A stretch of DNA of 58,854 nt from Anaeroplasmataceae bacterium (GCA_029051735.1 JAIDKZ010000039.1:1-58854); one strand, 5' to 3'. Counted from the first letter of the stretch, positions 1 to 10,008 are shown. A program made the numbers and translations. The notes: generated from the letters alone by a model not told the origin.

Positions 1-1
1 C

Positions 2-2611
2 CCCTTTGCTAAGTTAAAAATGAAAGACTCTGAACTTATTTTAAAATTAGAAGAGGCAGTAGAATATAAAAAGAATTTGGAATTATACAACCACACTTTA
101 TCAGCTTTACCAGAAGGTTACCGAAGTGTGGATTATGAAGTAATGCTTTTAGATTTGAAATCATTAGCCACATTGGATTTTGATTTGCAAATTACAGATG
201 CAAATTTCTTAAAATTAAAAACTATGATTGTAGATTGCATAACAACATTTAAAAGAAATCAGTTGGATTTAAATGCTTTTCAGACTTTATTTGATGTTGA
301 AGTGTTTGATTTAGTTAATGGGAATATTTCTACATTAGCACAAAGTTTTTCTAAAATGCTTGCTGATGAAGAAATGATTTTTCTTCATGTTGATCGATTA
401 GATGTGTTAAATCAAATCAAAAAATTAAACATTTTAGATTATTTGAATTGTGCTTTAGATCATAATATAGAATTAGAAAGACTTTCTAGTGCATATGAAC
501 GTTTTTTTCTAGAAGCAAATATTTATACTGAAATTGAAAATCGTTTAATATTAAAGGAATTTTCTAGTTTGGGTATTGAACGAATTGTTACCTCCTTTAA
601 GGAATACGATGAATCTCACTTAGAAGCAAATAAGGCTTTTATTATTTCAAAGCTTTCTAAGAAAAGACCAGAGGATAGTATTATGGCTGGTTCTCAATTT
701 TCAGTTTTAATTCGTGAATATAATAAGAGTAGGAAACAAATGCCAATTCGTATGCTTTTGGGAGAAATTAAAAATTTGATTTTTGATATTAAACCAGTCT
801 TTTTAATGAGTCCATTATCAGTTTCTACTTATTTAAATGGAGAGTTAAATTTGTTTGATTGTGTGATTTTTGATGAAGCCTCACAGGTTTTTGCATGGGA
901 TGCATTAGGGGCAATTTACCGTTCAAAACAATGCATTATCATTGGTGATAGCAAGCAAATGCCTCCTACTAATTTTTTCAATAGTATCATGGATGAGGAA
1001 GAGGATGATTATAATGATGTTATGGAATCTATATTGGATCGTGGGACAAGCACATTAGATACGAAACGACTCAACTGGCATTATCGTAGTAGAAGTGAGG
1101 AACTGATTGCATTTTCTAATCAAGAATTTTATGATTCAGGTCTAATTACTATTCCACAGGCTAAAGCACATGAAGAAGGGTTTGGAATAGATTTTCATTA
1201 TCTTTTCCAAGGGTGCTATGAAGTGCATTCTAGAACAAATTATAATGAAGCAAAATATATTTGTGATTTAGTATTTAAGTTTTTTGATTGTTATCCAGAT
1301 ATGTCTTTAGGAGTAGTGGCCTTTTCAAATGCTCAGGCGGAATTGATTTATGATTTAATTGAAGATCGTTTAGACAAACAGCCTATCTATCAGCCATTTT
1401 TTGCTGAAGATAAGGATGAACCATTTTTTGTAAAAAACTTAGAATCTGTTCAAGGAGATGAAAGAGATAGGATTATCTTTAGTATTTGTTATGGTTATAA
1501 CAAAGAAAATAAATTTTATCAACGATTTGGCCCTTTAAACAATTTAGGAGGAGAGCGACGATTAAATGTTGCAATCACTCGTGCAAAATATAATATATGC
1601 ATTGTAAGTTCTATAAAAAATACAGATATTAAAATAGAGAATACAAATTCATTAGGAGTTAAACTTTTGAAAAAGTATTTAGCCTATGCTGAAAATGTAA
1701 AAACTCCTAGCCATAGTATTGCTTTATCTGATGATGGTATTTTAAAAGATGTTGCTCAATTTCTAGAAGGAGAAGGATTCTTGGTTGAATCTAGAATTGG
1801 TTCTTCTAAATTCAAGGTGGATTTAGCTGTTCTTCATCCCATGACAAAGTCATATGTATGTGCAATTATGTTAGATGGAGATTCTTATGTCATTGGGAAT
1901 TGCACAGATGTTAATCGATTACAAGAGATGTTATTAAAACGCTTGGGATGGAAGTTTTATCGCTTATTTTCAACTCTATGGATTAATCAAAATAAAATTG
2001 AAAAAGAAAAATTAGTTGCATTTTTAAATTCAGCTTTTCAAGAAGAGATTACGGAAGAAGAAAAAACAAAAAATTCCTTTTTAATTGAAAATGATGAAAG
2101 CTTTGATGATACTTTTAAAAAGTATGATAAATTATCTGATAATCAGCTGAAAGAAATTTATCAAACGAAATCTACAAGAAAAGCGATTGAAGCAATCATA
2201 TTAAAGGAAGAACCTATTCATAAAGAGTATTTATTAAAAAGAATTTGTTTTATGTATGGAAGAACCAAAGTTACAAATATAGTAAAGAGTTATTTTGAGC
2301 AAGATATACAAGGACTTAATTTGTTGAATCAAAATGATTTTTTATCTTTTCATCAATTTAATGAATTGTCATTACGGTTATCTTTAGATCGGAATATAGA
2401 ATATGTTCATCCTTTAGAATTGCAAGATGCTATATATAAAATAGTAAAGAGAAGTAATGGAATAACAAAAGAAGGGTGTTTTAAAAATGTTGTTCAACTT
2501 TTAGGATACAGTCGTATGACAGAACATGCTATAACTTATTTAGAAGATGCATTAGTCTTTCTAAAACTAGAAGGAAAGATTGTAGAGAAACAGGATTGCT
2601 TATATGTATAA
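2..2611 (+). CDS. SF1 (Upf1/DNA2-like) helicase, C-terminal part; 5' end lies outside the window
   Basis: The frame is open from nt 2 (no stop upstream of the ATG at 20) and no Walker A motif is present, so the N-terminus is missing. Motifs seen: FDEASQ (II), IIIGDSKQMPPT (III), WHYRSRSEELIAFSN, VQGDERDRIIFS (V), GERRLNVAITRAK (VI). These are followed by a Vsr/DUF559-like endonuclease-fold segment (KVDLAV...MLDGDSY...RLGWKFYRL) and a DUF3320-like tail. Confidence 0.85.
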   Translation, partial: PFAKLKMKDSELILKLEEAVEYKKNLELYNHTLSALPEGYRSVDYEVMLLDLKSLATLDFDLQITDANFLKLKTMIVDCITTFKRNQLDLNAFQTLFDVEVFDLVNGNISTLAQSFSKMLADEEMIFLHVDRLDVLNQIKKLNILDYLNCALDHNIELERLSSAYERFFLEANIYTEIENRLILKEFSSLGIERIVTSFKEYDESHLEANKAFIISKLSKKRPEDSIMAGSQFSVLIREYNKSRKQMPIRMLLGEIKNLIFDIKPVFLMSPLSVSTYLNGELNLFDCVIFDEASQVFAWDALGAIYRSKQCIIIGDSKQMPPTNFFNSIMDEEEDDYNDVMESILDRGTSTLDTKRLNWHYRSRSEELIAFSNQEFYDSGLITIPQAKAHEEGFGIDFHYLFQGCYEVHSRTNYNEAKYICDLVFKFFDCYPDMSLGVVAFSNAQAELIYDLIEDRLDKQPIYQPFFAEDKDEPFFVKNLESVQGDERDRIIFSICYGYNKENKFYQRFGPLNNLGGERRLNVAITRAKYNICIVSSIKNTDIKIENTNSLGVKLLKKYLAYAENVKTPSHSIALSDDGILKDVAQFLEGEGFLVESRIGSSKFKVDLAVLHPMTKSYVCAIMLDGDSYVIGNCTDVNRLQEMLLKRLGWKFYRLFSTLWINQNKIEKEKLVAFLNSAFQEEITEEEKTKNSFLIENDESFDDTFKKYDKLSDNQLKEIYQTKSTRKAIEAIILKEEPIHKEYLLKRICFMYGRTKVTNIVKSYFEQDIQGLNLLNQNDFLSFHQFNELSLRLSLDRNIEYVHPLELQDAIYKIVKRSNGITKEGCFKNVVQLLGYSRMTEHAITYLEDALVFLKLEGKIVEKQDCLYV

Positions 2612-2614
2612 AAT

Positions 2615-2642
2615 AAAAAGATTCCTTGAGGGAATCTTTTTT
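2615..2642. terminator. Bidirectional intrinsic terminator between convergent genes
   Basis: 10-bp stem aaaagattcc (2616-2625) / ggaatctttt (2631-2640) with loop ttgag. An A-run lies on one side and a T-run on the other. It sits between the helicase stop (2609-2611) and the U32 stop (2641-2643, minus strand). Confidence 0.75.
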
Positions 2643-4884
2643 ATAATATCTCTTTATTGTAATGACCACGAGTATCAGTTTCTTTATTGAAAAAATTTGT
2701 TTTATTTTTTTGGATGAGTTTGTTTTGATATTTTTTAATGATTTGCGTAGTTTCTTCTTTGGATTCTGTTGTAAATTGTAAACGGAAAACTTGGATATTT
2801 TCAATTTCATTTAATTCATCAATTAAATTAAGAATTTTGCCATTGAGAATAGTGGTTGTACAATCTTCATGGCTTAAAATCGGAAATCTTCCATATTCAT
2901 CCTCAATAAAATAGGATTTTGTTTTACATGTTTTGCAAAGATTCAATTTTTTCAGTGGACAATACTTTGTATATAATAAATGTGCATGTCCATAAACAAT
3001 CATTTCTAAGTTGGGATATCCATCATTTTCTTTTTTATATGCTTCAATTAAATCCGCAATATTTTTTTTGTTCATTTCATAGGATAAGGTAACTCGGTTT
3101 ACATTTAAGGAGTGCAGAAGATGAACAGCTTTTGAATTAACAACGTTAAGTGAAAAGTCTGAAGTAATCTCATTTTTATTTCGGTAGGCATAAATTCCCC
3201 CATATCCACCAACAAGTAGAGGACCTGATTTGTCAGGATAGATGGTATTGTTTCTTCTTATTGTATTATCATTTGTGTATATAATTTTTATTCCACAGCC
3301 TAATGCTGCATCATATTGATCTTTTGTTGTGGCATAAACAGCTAGTACAGGTGAAGATTTTGGAAAAGTTATTTTTTGAATTGGCTTTTGCATTGCCTTT
3401 CCAATTTTATTTCTATTTAACCTTTCTTCATTCATTTGTTTTACAATTGATCTTCTTGCTTCATTTATTAACTTTGCTGGAATAAATACATTATCTGATT
3501 GATATGAGAGAGAAGATAATTGATAAACAGAATCTTTTAACCGATCAAATTGTTGTTGAAATTGTATTTCACTAGTAGGTATAGATTTTGCGGTAGCTAA
3601 TTGCTCCTCAGATTCATAGTAGATATGATGATTTTCACAACTTGCATTAACACAAAGTTTTTGATTTGTATAGGCGTACACTTCTAAAACTAATGGGAAA
3701 CGGCGATATTCCTTTGGATATGTTTTTTCAATAGAAGAATAAAATTCTATATCTTTTGTTTTATAAACAATATCTCCAATACTTAACTCTTCTTTTATTG
3801 CAATAAAACAAGAAGTAGTAGAAGAATGAATATAATTCCCTTTAGCATCATAGAGTTTTGCAACAGTTAAATTGATATCATTATTTTTATGATCAATCCG
3901 AATTATATCATTTTGGTTTAATTTTTGATTGAGATTTATTTCATAACCTATTTTAGTTTTATTTACAATTTTTCCAATTGGATAACCAAAATTATTTGGT
4001 TTTAATATGTTGGTAATGTTTTTTTTGTCTTCAAAAAAGATATACCCTTTTGTAAAGGTGCGGTTAAATGTTTTATTTAAGAGAATCTTTTCAGCAGGAA
4101 CTAAGGTATTGTCTAAAGCGTTTCGATATGTTTTTACAACATTTGCAACGTATGCTGGTTCTTTCATTCTACCTTCTATTTTTAAAGAATCAATGTGTTT
4201 TAAATCATTTATGTAATCTATTGTATTTAAATCTTTCATTGATAAAATATAAATGTCACTTGCAATTTCTTTATTGTTTTCATATAAGGTATAAGGCTTT
4301 CTACAAGAACCTACACATCTTCCACGGTTTCCACTTCGGTAGCCAATGAGCCCCGACATCAAGCAATTTCCTGAATAAGAAACACATAAAGCACCATGTA
4401 TGAAAATTTCTAAAGGTATTTTTGCAATCTTTTTAATTTCTTTGATTGTGTTTATATCTACTTCACGGGATAATACAACACGACTTGCTTTTAGTTCTTT
4501 AAAAAGCAAAGTTCCTTCTAAATCATCAATTCCCATTTGCGTTGAGCAATGGGCTTCTAAATCAGGGTAAGTTGATGTTACATAATGAAATGCGGCAAGA
4601 TCTTGAATAATTATTCCATCAACATTTGCTTCATAAAGTTGGTCTATTCGTTGCTTCATTTCTTCTAACTCATCTTCAAAAAGAATTGTATTTAGTGTCA
4701 CATAAATTTTTACTTTTCTCAAATGAGCATATTGGACAGCCTCTTTTAATGTATTCATATCAAAATTGGAGGCATATGCTCGTGCTCCAAATTTATTCAT
4801 TCCTAAATATATCGCATCTGCACCATTAGAAATTGCAGCAATTAATGCTTCGTAGTTTCCAGCAGGAGCTAAAAGTTCACTCAT
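2641..4884 (-). CDS. U32 family peptidase, long (about 750 aa) form
   Basis: The N-terminus MSELLAPAGNYEALIAAISNGADAIYLG...FGARAYA and the SREV...E.F.HGALC.SYSG.C segment are typical of peptidase U32 (PrtC/YhbU-like). The length and C-terminal half match the long clostridial form. RBS aaggtga lies upstream of the ATG. Confidence 0.9.
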   Translation of the reverse strand: MSELLAPAGNYEALIAAISNGADAIYLGMNKFGARAYASNFDMNTLKEAVQYAHLRKVKIYVTLNTILFEDELEEMKQRIDQLYEANVDGIIIQDLAAFHYVTSTYPDLEAHCSTQMGIDDLEGTLLFKELKASRVVLSREVDINTIKEIKKIAKIPLEIFIHGALCVSYSGNCLMSGLIGYRSGNRGRCVGSCRKPYTLYENNKEIASDIYILSMKDLNTIDYINDLKHIDSLKIEGRMKEPAYVANVVKTYRNALDNTLVPAEKILLNKTFNRTFTKGYIFFEDKKNITNILKPNNFGYPIGKIVNKTKIGYEINLNQKLNQNDIIRIDHKNNDINLTVAKLYDAKGNYIHSSTTSCFIAIKEELSIGDIVYKTKDIEFYSSIEKTYPKEYRRFPLVLEVYAYTNQKLCVNASCENHHIYYESEEQLATAKSIPTSEIQFQQQFDRLKDSVYQLSSLSYQSDNVFIPAKLINEARRSIVKQMNEERLNRNKIGKAMQKPIQKITFPKSSPVLAVYATTKDQYDAALGCGIKIIYTNDNTIRRNNTIYPDKSGPLLVGGYGGIYAYRNKNEITSDFSLNVVNSKAVHLLHSLNVNRVTLSYEMNKKNIADLIEAYKKENDGYPNLEMIVYGHAHLLYTKYCPLKKLNLCKTCKTKSYFIEDEYGRFPILSHEDCTTTILNGKILNLIDELNEIENIQVFRLQFTTESKEETTQIIKKYQNKLIQKNKTNFFNKETDTRGHYNKEIL

Positions 4885-5045
4885 AATTCATCACCTTTTT
4901 TAATTTTATCATATTCTTTTAGTTTTTAAAATTATTTTATAGAAATGATAACTTTTCTTTAAAAAAATAATTTTTCTCTAGTTTGCTTCTTAGAAATAAG
5001 GTATAATGGATTTATGAGGATTTGGTGTGAAGAAAGAGGGATTGT

Positions 5046-5666
5046 ATGAAAGGACTTTTTATTACTTTTGAGGGTGGAGAATGTAGTGGGAAGACTACCA
5101 TTATTCAGCAATTATGTAAGACATTAGAAGAAATGCAAATTCCATATATTTCTACAAGAGAGCCTGGTGGAATTGATATAGCAGAACAAATAAGAAATAT
5201 TATTTTAGATGTGAACAATCAAAAAATGACAGAAGAGACTGAGGCTTTACTTTATGCAGCAAGTCGAATGCAGCATTTGAAGGAAAAAGTAATTCCTGCA
5301 TTAGATGCTGGCTATATTGTCATTTGTGATCGATTCTTAGATTCTTCGCTTGCTTATCAAGGTTATGCTCGGCATTTAGGAATGGAATCAATATTGCAAA
5401 TCAATCATTTTGCGTTATCTCATTTACCTGACTTGACACTTTTTATTGATGTAAAACCTGATGTAGCGTTAAAGAGATTAGAAAATCGTCAAAAAACAGA
5501 TCGACTAGATTTGGAAAATATACAGTTTCATAATGATGTATATCAAGGATATTTAGAGGTATGTAAATTATATCCTGATAGAATTATAAAAATTGATGGG
5601 AATGTGGATTTAGATTTGGTATGTAAACATTGTATTGATAAGGTTTTAGATTTTATAAAAAGGTAG
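5046..5666 (+). CDS. tmk: dTMP (thymidylate) kinase
   Basis: ITFEGGECSGKTT P-loop, REPGG and DRF.DSSLAYQG motifs. RBS agaggga. Adjacent to holB as in Bacillus. Confidence 0.95.
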   Translation: MKGLFITFEGGECSGKTTIIQQLCKTLEEMQIPYISTREPGGIDIAEQIRNIILDVNNQKMTEETEALLYAASRMQHLKEKVIPALDAGYIVICDRFLDSSLAYQGYARHLGMESILQINHFALSHLPDLTLFIDVKPDVALKRLENRQKTDRLDLENIQFHNDVYQGYLEVCKLYPDRIIKIDGNVDLDLVCKHCIDKVLDFIKR

Positions 5667-5676
5667 GTGTGGGAAA

Positions 5677-6636
5677 ATGGATATTAAAAATATGATAGAA
5701 AATCAAAAGCGTATTTTTAATATGCTAAAACAAAATAAACTTAAAGATAGACTTTCTCATGCTTATTTATTTTATGGAGAAGATGGTGTGGGAAAAAAAG
5801 AAATGGCCTATGCTTTAGCTTGTCTATTTTATTGTCAACACGATGCCTGCTTGGAATGTGAGACTTGTAAAACGATATTGTCTGGAAATCATTTAAATGT
5901 GAATTATATTGGAATTGCAGACTCAAAAAAATTAATTTCAAAAGAACAGATTACAAATTTGCAGGAGGAATTTTCTAAAACTTCATTGGTTGATGGATAT
6001 CGTATCTATATTGTTGATGGTATAGATACCGCTTCTGCATCAGCACAGAATAGTTTATTAAAATTTATTGAAGAACCGCAAAATAATACGCCTACCATTG
6101 GAATCTTCATTGCCAAAGAATTGGCAAATGTTGTGTCAACAATTGTTTCTAGATGTGCACTTGTTCATTTTCCTTCTGTTGAAATTAAAAAATTAATTTA
6201 CTTATTATCATTAGAGGGTTTTTCAGAAATGGATGCATCTTTAGCAAGTCTTCTTACGAATAATATTTATGAAGCAAAGAAAATAATGGATTCTGAAGCT
6301 TATCAAACGAGTAAGGCTCTTTTTTTAGAGTTTTTAAATTTAAATAAAAAGAAGGATGCTGTCTTATATTTTATTAAAAATCAAACAAATTTTACCTTTG
6401 ATTTTGGACAAATGTTTTTTAAATGGTTGATAGCCTTTTATGAAGATATCTTTAAAATTGAAGACAAAGAAAGTTTGATTTTCACTGGGTTATATGATAA
6501 AATAATATTGTATGTTAAAAATGATTATAAGGAGCTGAAAATCAAATTTAATCTAGTTTTAGAACTATACTCTAAAATGGAATATAATGTTTCAGCAAAG
6601 AATATATTTCATGAATTAATTTCTAAATTATTTTAG
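5677..6636 (+). CDS. holB: DNA polymerase III delta-prime subunit
   Basis: LSHAYLFYGEDGVGK, Cys-cluster C..C..C, NSLLKFIEEP and SRC motifs of the clamp-loader delta-prime. Synteny tmk-holB-yaaT. Confidence 0.9.
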   Translation: MDIKNMIENQKRIFNMLKQNKLKDRLSHAYLFYGEDGVGKKEMAYALACLFYCQHDACLECETCKTILSGNHLNVNYIGIADSKKLISKEQITNLQEEFSKTSLVDGYRIYIVDGIDTASASAQNSLLKFIEEPQNNTPTIGIFIAKELANVVSTIVSRCALVHFPSVEIKKLIYLLSLEGFSEMDASLASLLTNNIYEAKKIMDSEAYQTSKALFLEFLNLNKKKDAVLYFIKNQTNFTFDFGQMFFKWLIAFYEDIFKIEDKESLIFTGLYDKIILYVKNDYKELKIKFNLVLELYSKMEYNVSAKNIFHELISKLF

Positions 6637-6647
6637 GATGTGATAAA

Positions 6648-7496
6648 TTGAAAGCAATACGTGTTACATTTAAATCTTTAGGCAAACGATATTTTTTTGG
6701 CACTGCTGGATATGATGTAAAGGATAAAGATCAAGTTATTGTCAATACCATTAGAGGAATAGAATTGGGAATTTGTGTTGGTAATGCGTTTGATTTGGAA
6801 GAAAAGGATTTAATTTCAGAATTGAAAGATATTGTTCGTATCGCTACAGATAAGGATAAAGAGCAATATCAAAAAAATAAAATAGAAGAACCTAAAGTTG
6901 TTGAACATACAAAGAAATTTGCTAAAGAACTTGAACTTCCAATTAAAGTTTTAGAGGCAGAATATACTTTGGATAAATCAAAACTGATTATATATTTTGA
7001 ATCTGAAAATCGAGTGGATTTTCGTGAACTTGTAAAAAAGATTGCTGAAATATATCATACTAGAATTGAACTAAGACAGGTTGGTTCTAGAGATGGTGCT
7101 AAGGTTTTTGGAGGAATTGGTCCTTGTGGATTAATTGTTTGTTGTAAAACGTTTATTACTGAATTCGAAAATGTTTCAGTGAAAATGGCAAAAAATCAAA
7201 ACCTATCGCTAAACCCAATTAAAATAAGTGGGAATTGTGGAAAGTTGCTTTGCTGTATAAATTATGAGAATGATTTGTATAAAGAACTTAGAAGATTTGC
7301 TCCAGATATTGGAGATATAGTTAAAACCGCAGATGGGCCTGCAAAGGTACTTTCTTGTGATGTGTTGAATCGTAATTGTAAAGTGAAGTTTATTGAGGAA
7401 GAAAATAAATTTGCTTATTTGAAATTAGATGAAGTAGAGTTTGTTCGTTCAATGGATAAACATAAGGATGAAGACGATGCCGATAGTTTGCAATGA
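6648..7496 (+). CDS. ricT: PSP1-domain protein YaaT/RicT (stage 0 sporulation / RNase Y regulator family)
   Basis: RIELRQVGSRDGAK..GGIGPCG..CC..F...F..VS.KMAK.Q.LSLNP.KISG.CG+LLCC signature of the PSP1 C-terminal domain. TTG start. Position after holB. Confidence 0.9.
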   Translation: MKAIRVTFKSLGKRYFFGTAGYDVKDKDQVIVNTIRGIELGICVGNAFDLEEKDLISELKDIVRIATDKDKEQYQKNKIEEPKVVEHTKKFAKELELPIKVLEAEYTLDKSKLIIYFESENRVDFRELVKKIAEIYHTRIELRQVGSRDGAKVFGGIGPCGLIVCCKTFITEFENVSVKMAKNQNLSLNPIKISGNCGKLLCCINYENDLYKELRRFAPDIGDIVKTADGPAKVLSCDVLNRNCKVKFIEEENKFAYLKLDEVEFVRSMDKHKDEDDADSLQ

Positions 7497-8211
7497 CCTT
7501 TTAGGTAAACCTGGAATTATTATATATCAAGATACTGAGGCATTTCATTTTTCTATTGATTCTATGTTGTTGGCTGATTTTGTATCAATACCAAAGCGAA
7601 CAAAAAAAATTTGTGATTTGTGTAGTGGCAATGCACCTATTCCTTTATATTTATCTAAGCGAACAAAAGCAGAAATTATAGGAATTGAGATTCAGCAAGA
7701 CTCTTATAATTTAGCAGTTCGTTCTATAAAGGAGAACCAATTAGATGAACAAATTGATATGAAATTGGGAAATCTAGTTTCTATTTCTAATCAAATTGGT
7801 AAAAATAATTTTGAAGTAGTCACTTGTAATCCGCCATTTTTTAAATTAGGAGATCATCAGATTAATCCTAATGACAAACTCGCTATAGCAAGACATGAAA
7901 TACATGCAAGTTTAGCAGAGATTGTGAAAGAGGCTTCTTTATTGCTGAATACAAAAGGGCGGTTTGCAATGGTACATAGACCAGATCGGCTTTTAGAGAT
8001 TTTAGAAATATTTAGAATAAATCATATTGAACCAAAACGGTTGCGTTTTGTATATCCTAAAATAGGGAGTGAATGTAACCATATATTGATTGAGGGAATA
8101 AAAGATGGTTCTAAAGGCGGATTAGTAGTTTTACCTCCGCTAATTGTTTATGGTGAAGACAACCAGTGGACAAAAGAAGTTATAAGAATATATAATTGTG
8201 AAAAGGAGTGA
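7477..8211 (+). CDS. tRNA (adenine-N6)-methyltransferase-like SAM-dependent methyltransferase (YabB/TrmN6 family)
   Basis: DLCSGNA (SAM-binding motif I) and CNPPFF (motif IV, NPPF) are present. The ORF opens at 7441, but the ATG at 7477 has AAGG 9 nt upstream and gives a smaller overlap with yaaT (stop 7496). Confidence 0.85.
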   Translation: MPIVCNDLLGKPGIIIYQDTEAFHFSIDSMLLADFVSIPKRTKKICDLCSGNAPIPLYLSKRTKAEIIGIEIQQDSYNLAVRSIKENQLDEQIDMKLGNLVSISNQIGKNNFEVVTCNPPFFKLGDHQINPNDKLAIARHEIHASLAEIVKEASLLLNTKGRFAMVHRPDRLLEILEIFRINHIEPKRLRFVYPKIGSECNHILIEGIKDGSKGGLVVLPPLIVYGEDNQWTKEVIRIYNCEKE

Positions 8212-8216
8212 TTTTT

Positions 8217-8624
8217 ATGTTCTTAAGTTTATTAAATAAAAAGGAAATGCTTAAATTTTTGGATCTTGCAATTTATATGGTGGATATTGATGGTGAGCCT
8301 ACGCAATATGAAAAACGCATTTTAACCAAAATGATGGCAGAATTAGATCAAATTAAGGATGAATATTCTTTTCGTTTAACACAGTCTGTAGAAGAAACAG
8401 TTGAGTTTTTTAAGGGCTGTAATAAAGTAGTGAAAAATGTGGTTTATTTAAATTTAGTTATCATATCAATGGAAGATGATCTTTATAACACTTCTGAATT
8501 GTTATTCTTAGAAAAAATTCAAAAGAAACTAGATATATCTTCAGAAAAAAGACGTGAGTTAATATCTATTGTTTATGCAGAACGTGATTTACGTGAAAAG
8601 GCAAATCGTATAATTAAGAACTAA
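8217..8624 (+). CDS. Hypothetical 135-aa protein, possibly TerB-like helical fold
   Basis: AAGGAG lies 8 nt upstream of the ATG at 8217. Its stop overlaps the rsmI start (TAATG). DLAIYMVDIDGEPTQYEKRIL resembles TerB/DjlA-N type helices. No firm family assignment. Confidence 0.6.
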   Translation: MFLSLLNKKEMLKFLDLAIYMVDIDGEPTQYEKRILTKMMAELDQIKDEYSFRLTQSVEETVEFFKGCNKVVKNVVYLNLVIISMEDDLYNTSELLFLEKIQKKLDISSEKRRELISIVYAERDLREKANRIIKN

Positions 8625-9466
8625 TGAAGATGCGTAGTTTTGATCAAGATAAGGCAATTCTTTATTTGGTTGCAACTCCAATAGGAAATTTAGAAGATAT
8701 CTCTTTTAGGGCAATCTCAATATTAAATACTGTGGATAAAATTTATGCAGAAGATACAAGAAATTCTACGATTTTATTAAAGCATTATCAGATAAGAACG
8801 CCAATAGAAAGCTATCATGAATATAGTCAAGAAATAAAAGAAGAACAAATATTAAAAGAACTAAAAGAAGGGAAAAAACTTGCAGTGATTTCAGATGCTG
8901 GTCTTCCAGTGATTTCAGATCCAGGATATAAGCTTGTACAATTGGCGATTGATCATGAGATTGCAGTATCTACAATCCCTGGCGCTTCAGCTGGAATAAG
9001 TGCTCTTATTGCATCAGGATTAGTACCAATGCCATATACCTTTTTTGGTTTTTTAGACTCAAAGCATACAAAGCGTCTAAAAGAATTAGAAGATTTAAAA
9101 TATATACCACATACATTAATCTTTTATGAAGCTCCTCATCGTATATTGGATATGCTATTGGATATGAAGACTATATTTGGGAACAGAAATATTTGTCTTG
9201 CAAGAGAATTAACTAAAACTTTTGAGGAATATATTCGTGGTTCAATTGACGAGGTCATTTCTTCTTTGCCTTTAAAAGGGGAGATGGTGGTTCTTGTAGA
9301 AGGATATCATGATATGAAAACAATTGATGATCCTCTAATCAAGATTGATGAACTTATTTCTTTGGGAAGTAAACCAAATGATGCAATAAAAGAGATTGCT
9401 AAAATGGGAAATTTAGATCGTAAGGAATTATATAAAGCTTATATAGATTATAAAAATAAAAAATAA
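8624..9466 (+). CDS. rsmI: 16S rRNA (cytidine1402-2'-O)-methyltransferase
   Basis: LYLVATPIGNLEDIS.RA...L, AEDTR, ISDAGLPVISDPGY and FYEAPHR motifs of the tetrapyrrole-methylase-fold RsmI family. Confidence 0.95.
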   Translation: MKMRSFDQDKAILYLVATPIGNLEDISFRAISILNTVDKIYAEDTRNSTILLKHYQIRTPIESYHEYSQEIKEEQILKELKEGKKLAVISDAGLPVISDPGYKLVQLAIDHEIAVSTIPGASAGISALIASGLVPMPYTFFGFLDSKHTKRLKELEDLKYIPHTLIFYEAPHRILDMLLDMKTIFGNRNICLARELTKTFEEYIRGSIDEVISSLPLKGEMVVLVEGYHDMKTIDDPLIKIDELISLGSKPNDAIKEIAKMGNLDRKELYKAYIDYKNKK

Positions 9467-9480
9467 AGGGGGAACTTCCT

Positions 9481-10008
9481 TTGAGTTTTACAAATGATTA
9501 TGAATTGTTAAAGGATCACTTTCATGTTTTTCGAAGTGTTTCTTATGATAAAATGATGAATTTGATTTATAAATTTAAAACAGGTATTTTATATATAGGT
9601 GGTACATGGTGTAAAAATTGTCAAGCCATTATTTCGATATTGAATAAAACTGCCAAAAAATGTAAAATACGTACAATATATCATTATGATCCACATTTTA
9701 TTAATATTTTTAAAGAAGAAACTGATTTAAGAGATTGTAAGGATTTAGAAACTAAATTAAATTATTATTATCTTATAGAAAAGATTGGATATCAATCAGA
9801 GGAATTGGTACAAGATACATTAATCCCAAGATTGCCAGTTCCTGCAATCATCGGAATTAAAAATGGTATATGCGTAGGGATTATTACAGATGAATATGAA
9901 ATGAAGAATGAATGTCTTGTTAAAGATAATGATTCAAAGGATTATACTGAAGAATATACCAATAAATTAGAAGAATTATTTTTGAAAGTAAAAGCAAAAA
10001 GCAAGTGA
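9481..10008 (+). CDS. Thioredoxin-fold protein with a single WCKNC motif
   Basis: TTG start 7 nt after AAGGGGGA. GGTWCKNCQ is a CxxC thioredoxin-like active-site context. Followed by its own terminator. Confidence 0.65.
   Translation: MSFTNDYELLKDHFHVFRSVSYDKMMNLIYKFKTGILYIGGTWCKNCQAIISILNKTAKKCKIRTIYHYDPHFINIFKEETDLRDCKDLETKLNYYYLIEKIGYQSEELVQDTLIPRLPVPAIIGIKNGICVGIITDEYEMKNECLVKDNDSKDYTEEYTNKLEELFLKVKAKSK

Noticed and set aside
2529-2810. 93-aa minus-strand ORF spanning the helicase 3' end, the terminator and the U32 3' end.
   Set aside because: It crosses a bidirectional terminator and overlaps two supported genes. The K-rich low-complexity translation points to a chance ORF.
4903-4911. 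Extended -10-like TGATAAAAT on the minus strand upstream of the U32 gene.
   Set aside because: The predicted TSS would fall inside the U32 Shine-Dalgarno (4891-4897), so it cannot serve this gene as positioned. The real promoter was not confidently identified in 4885-5045.
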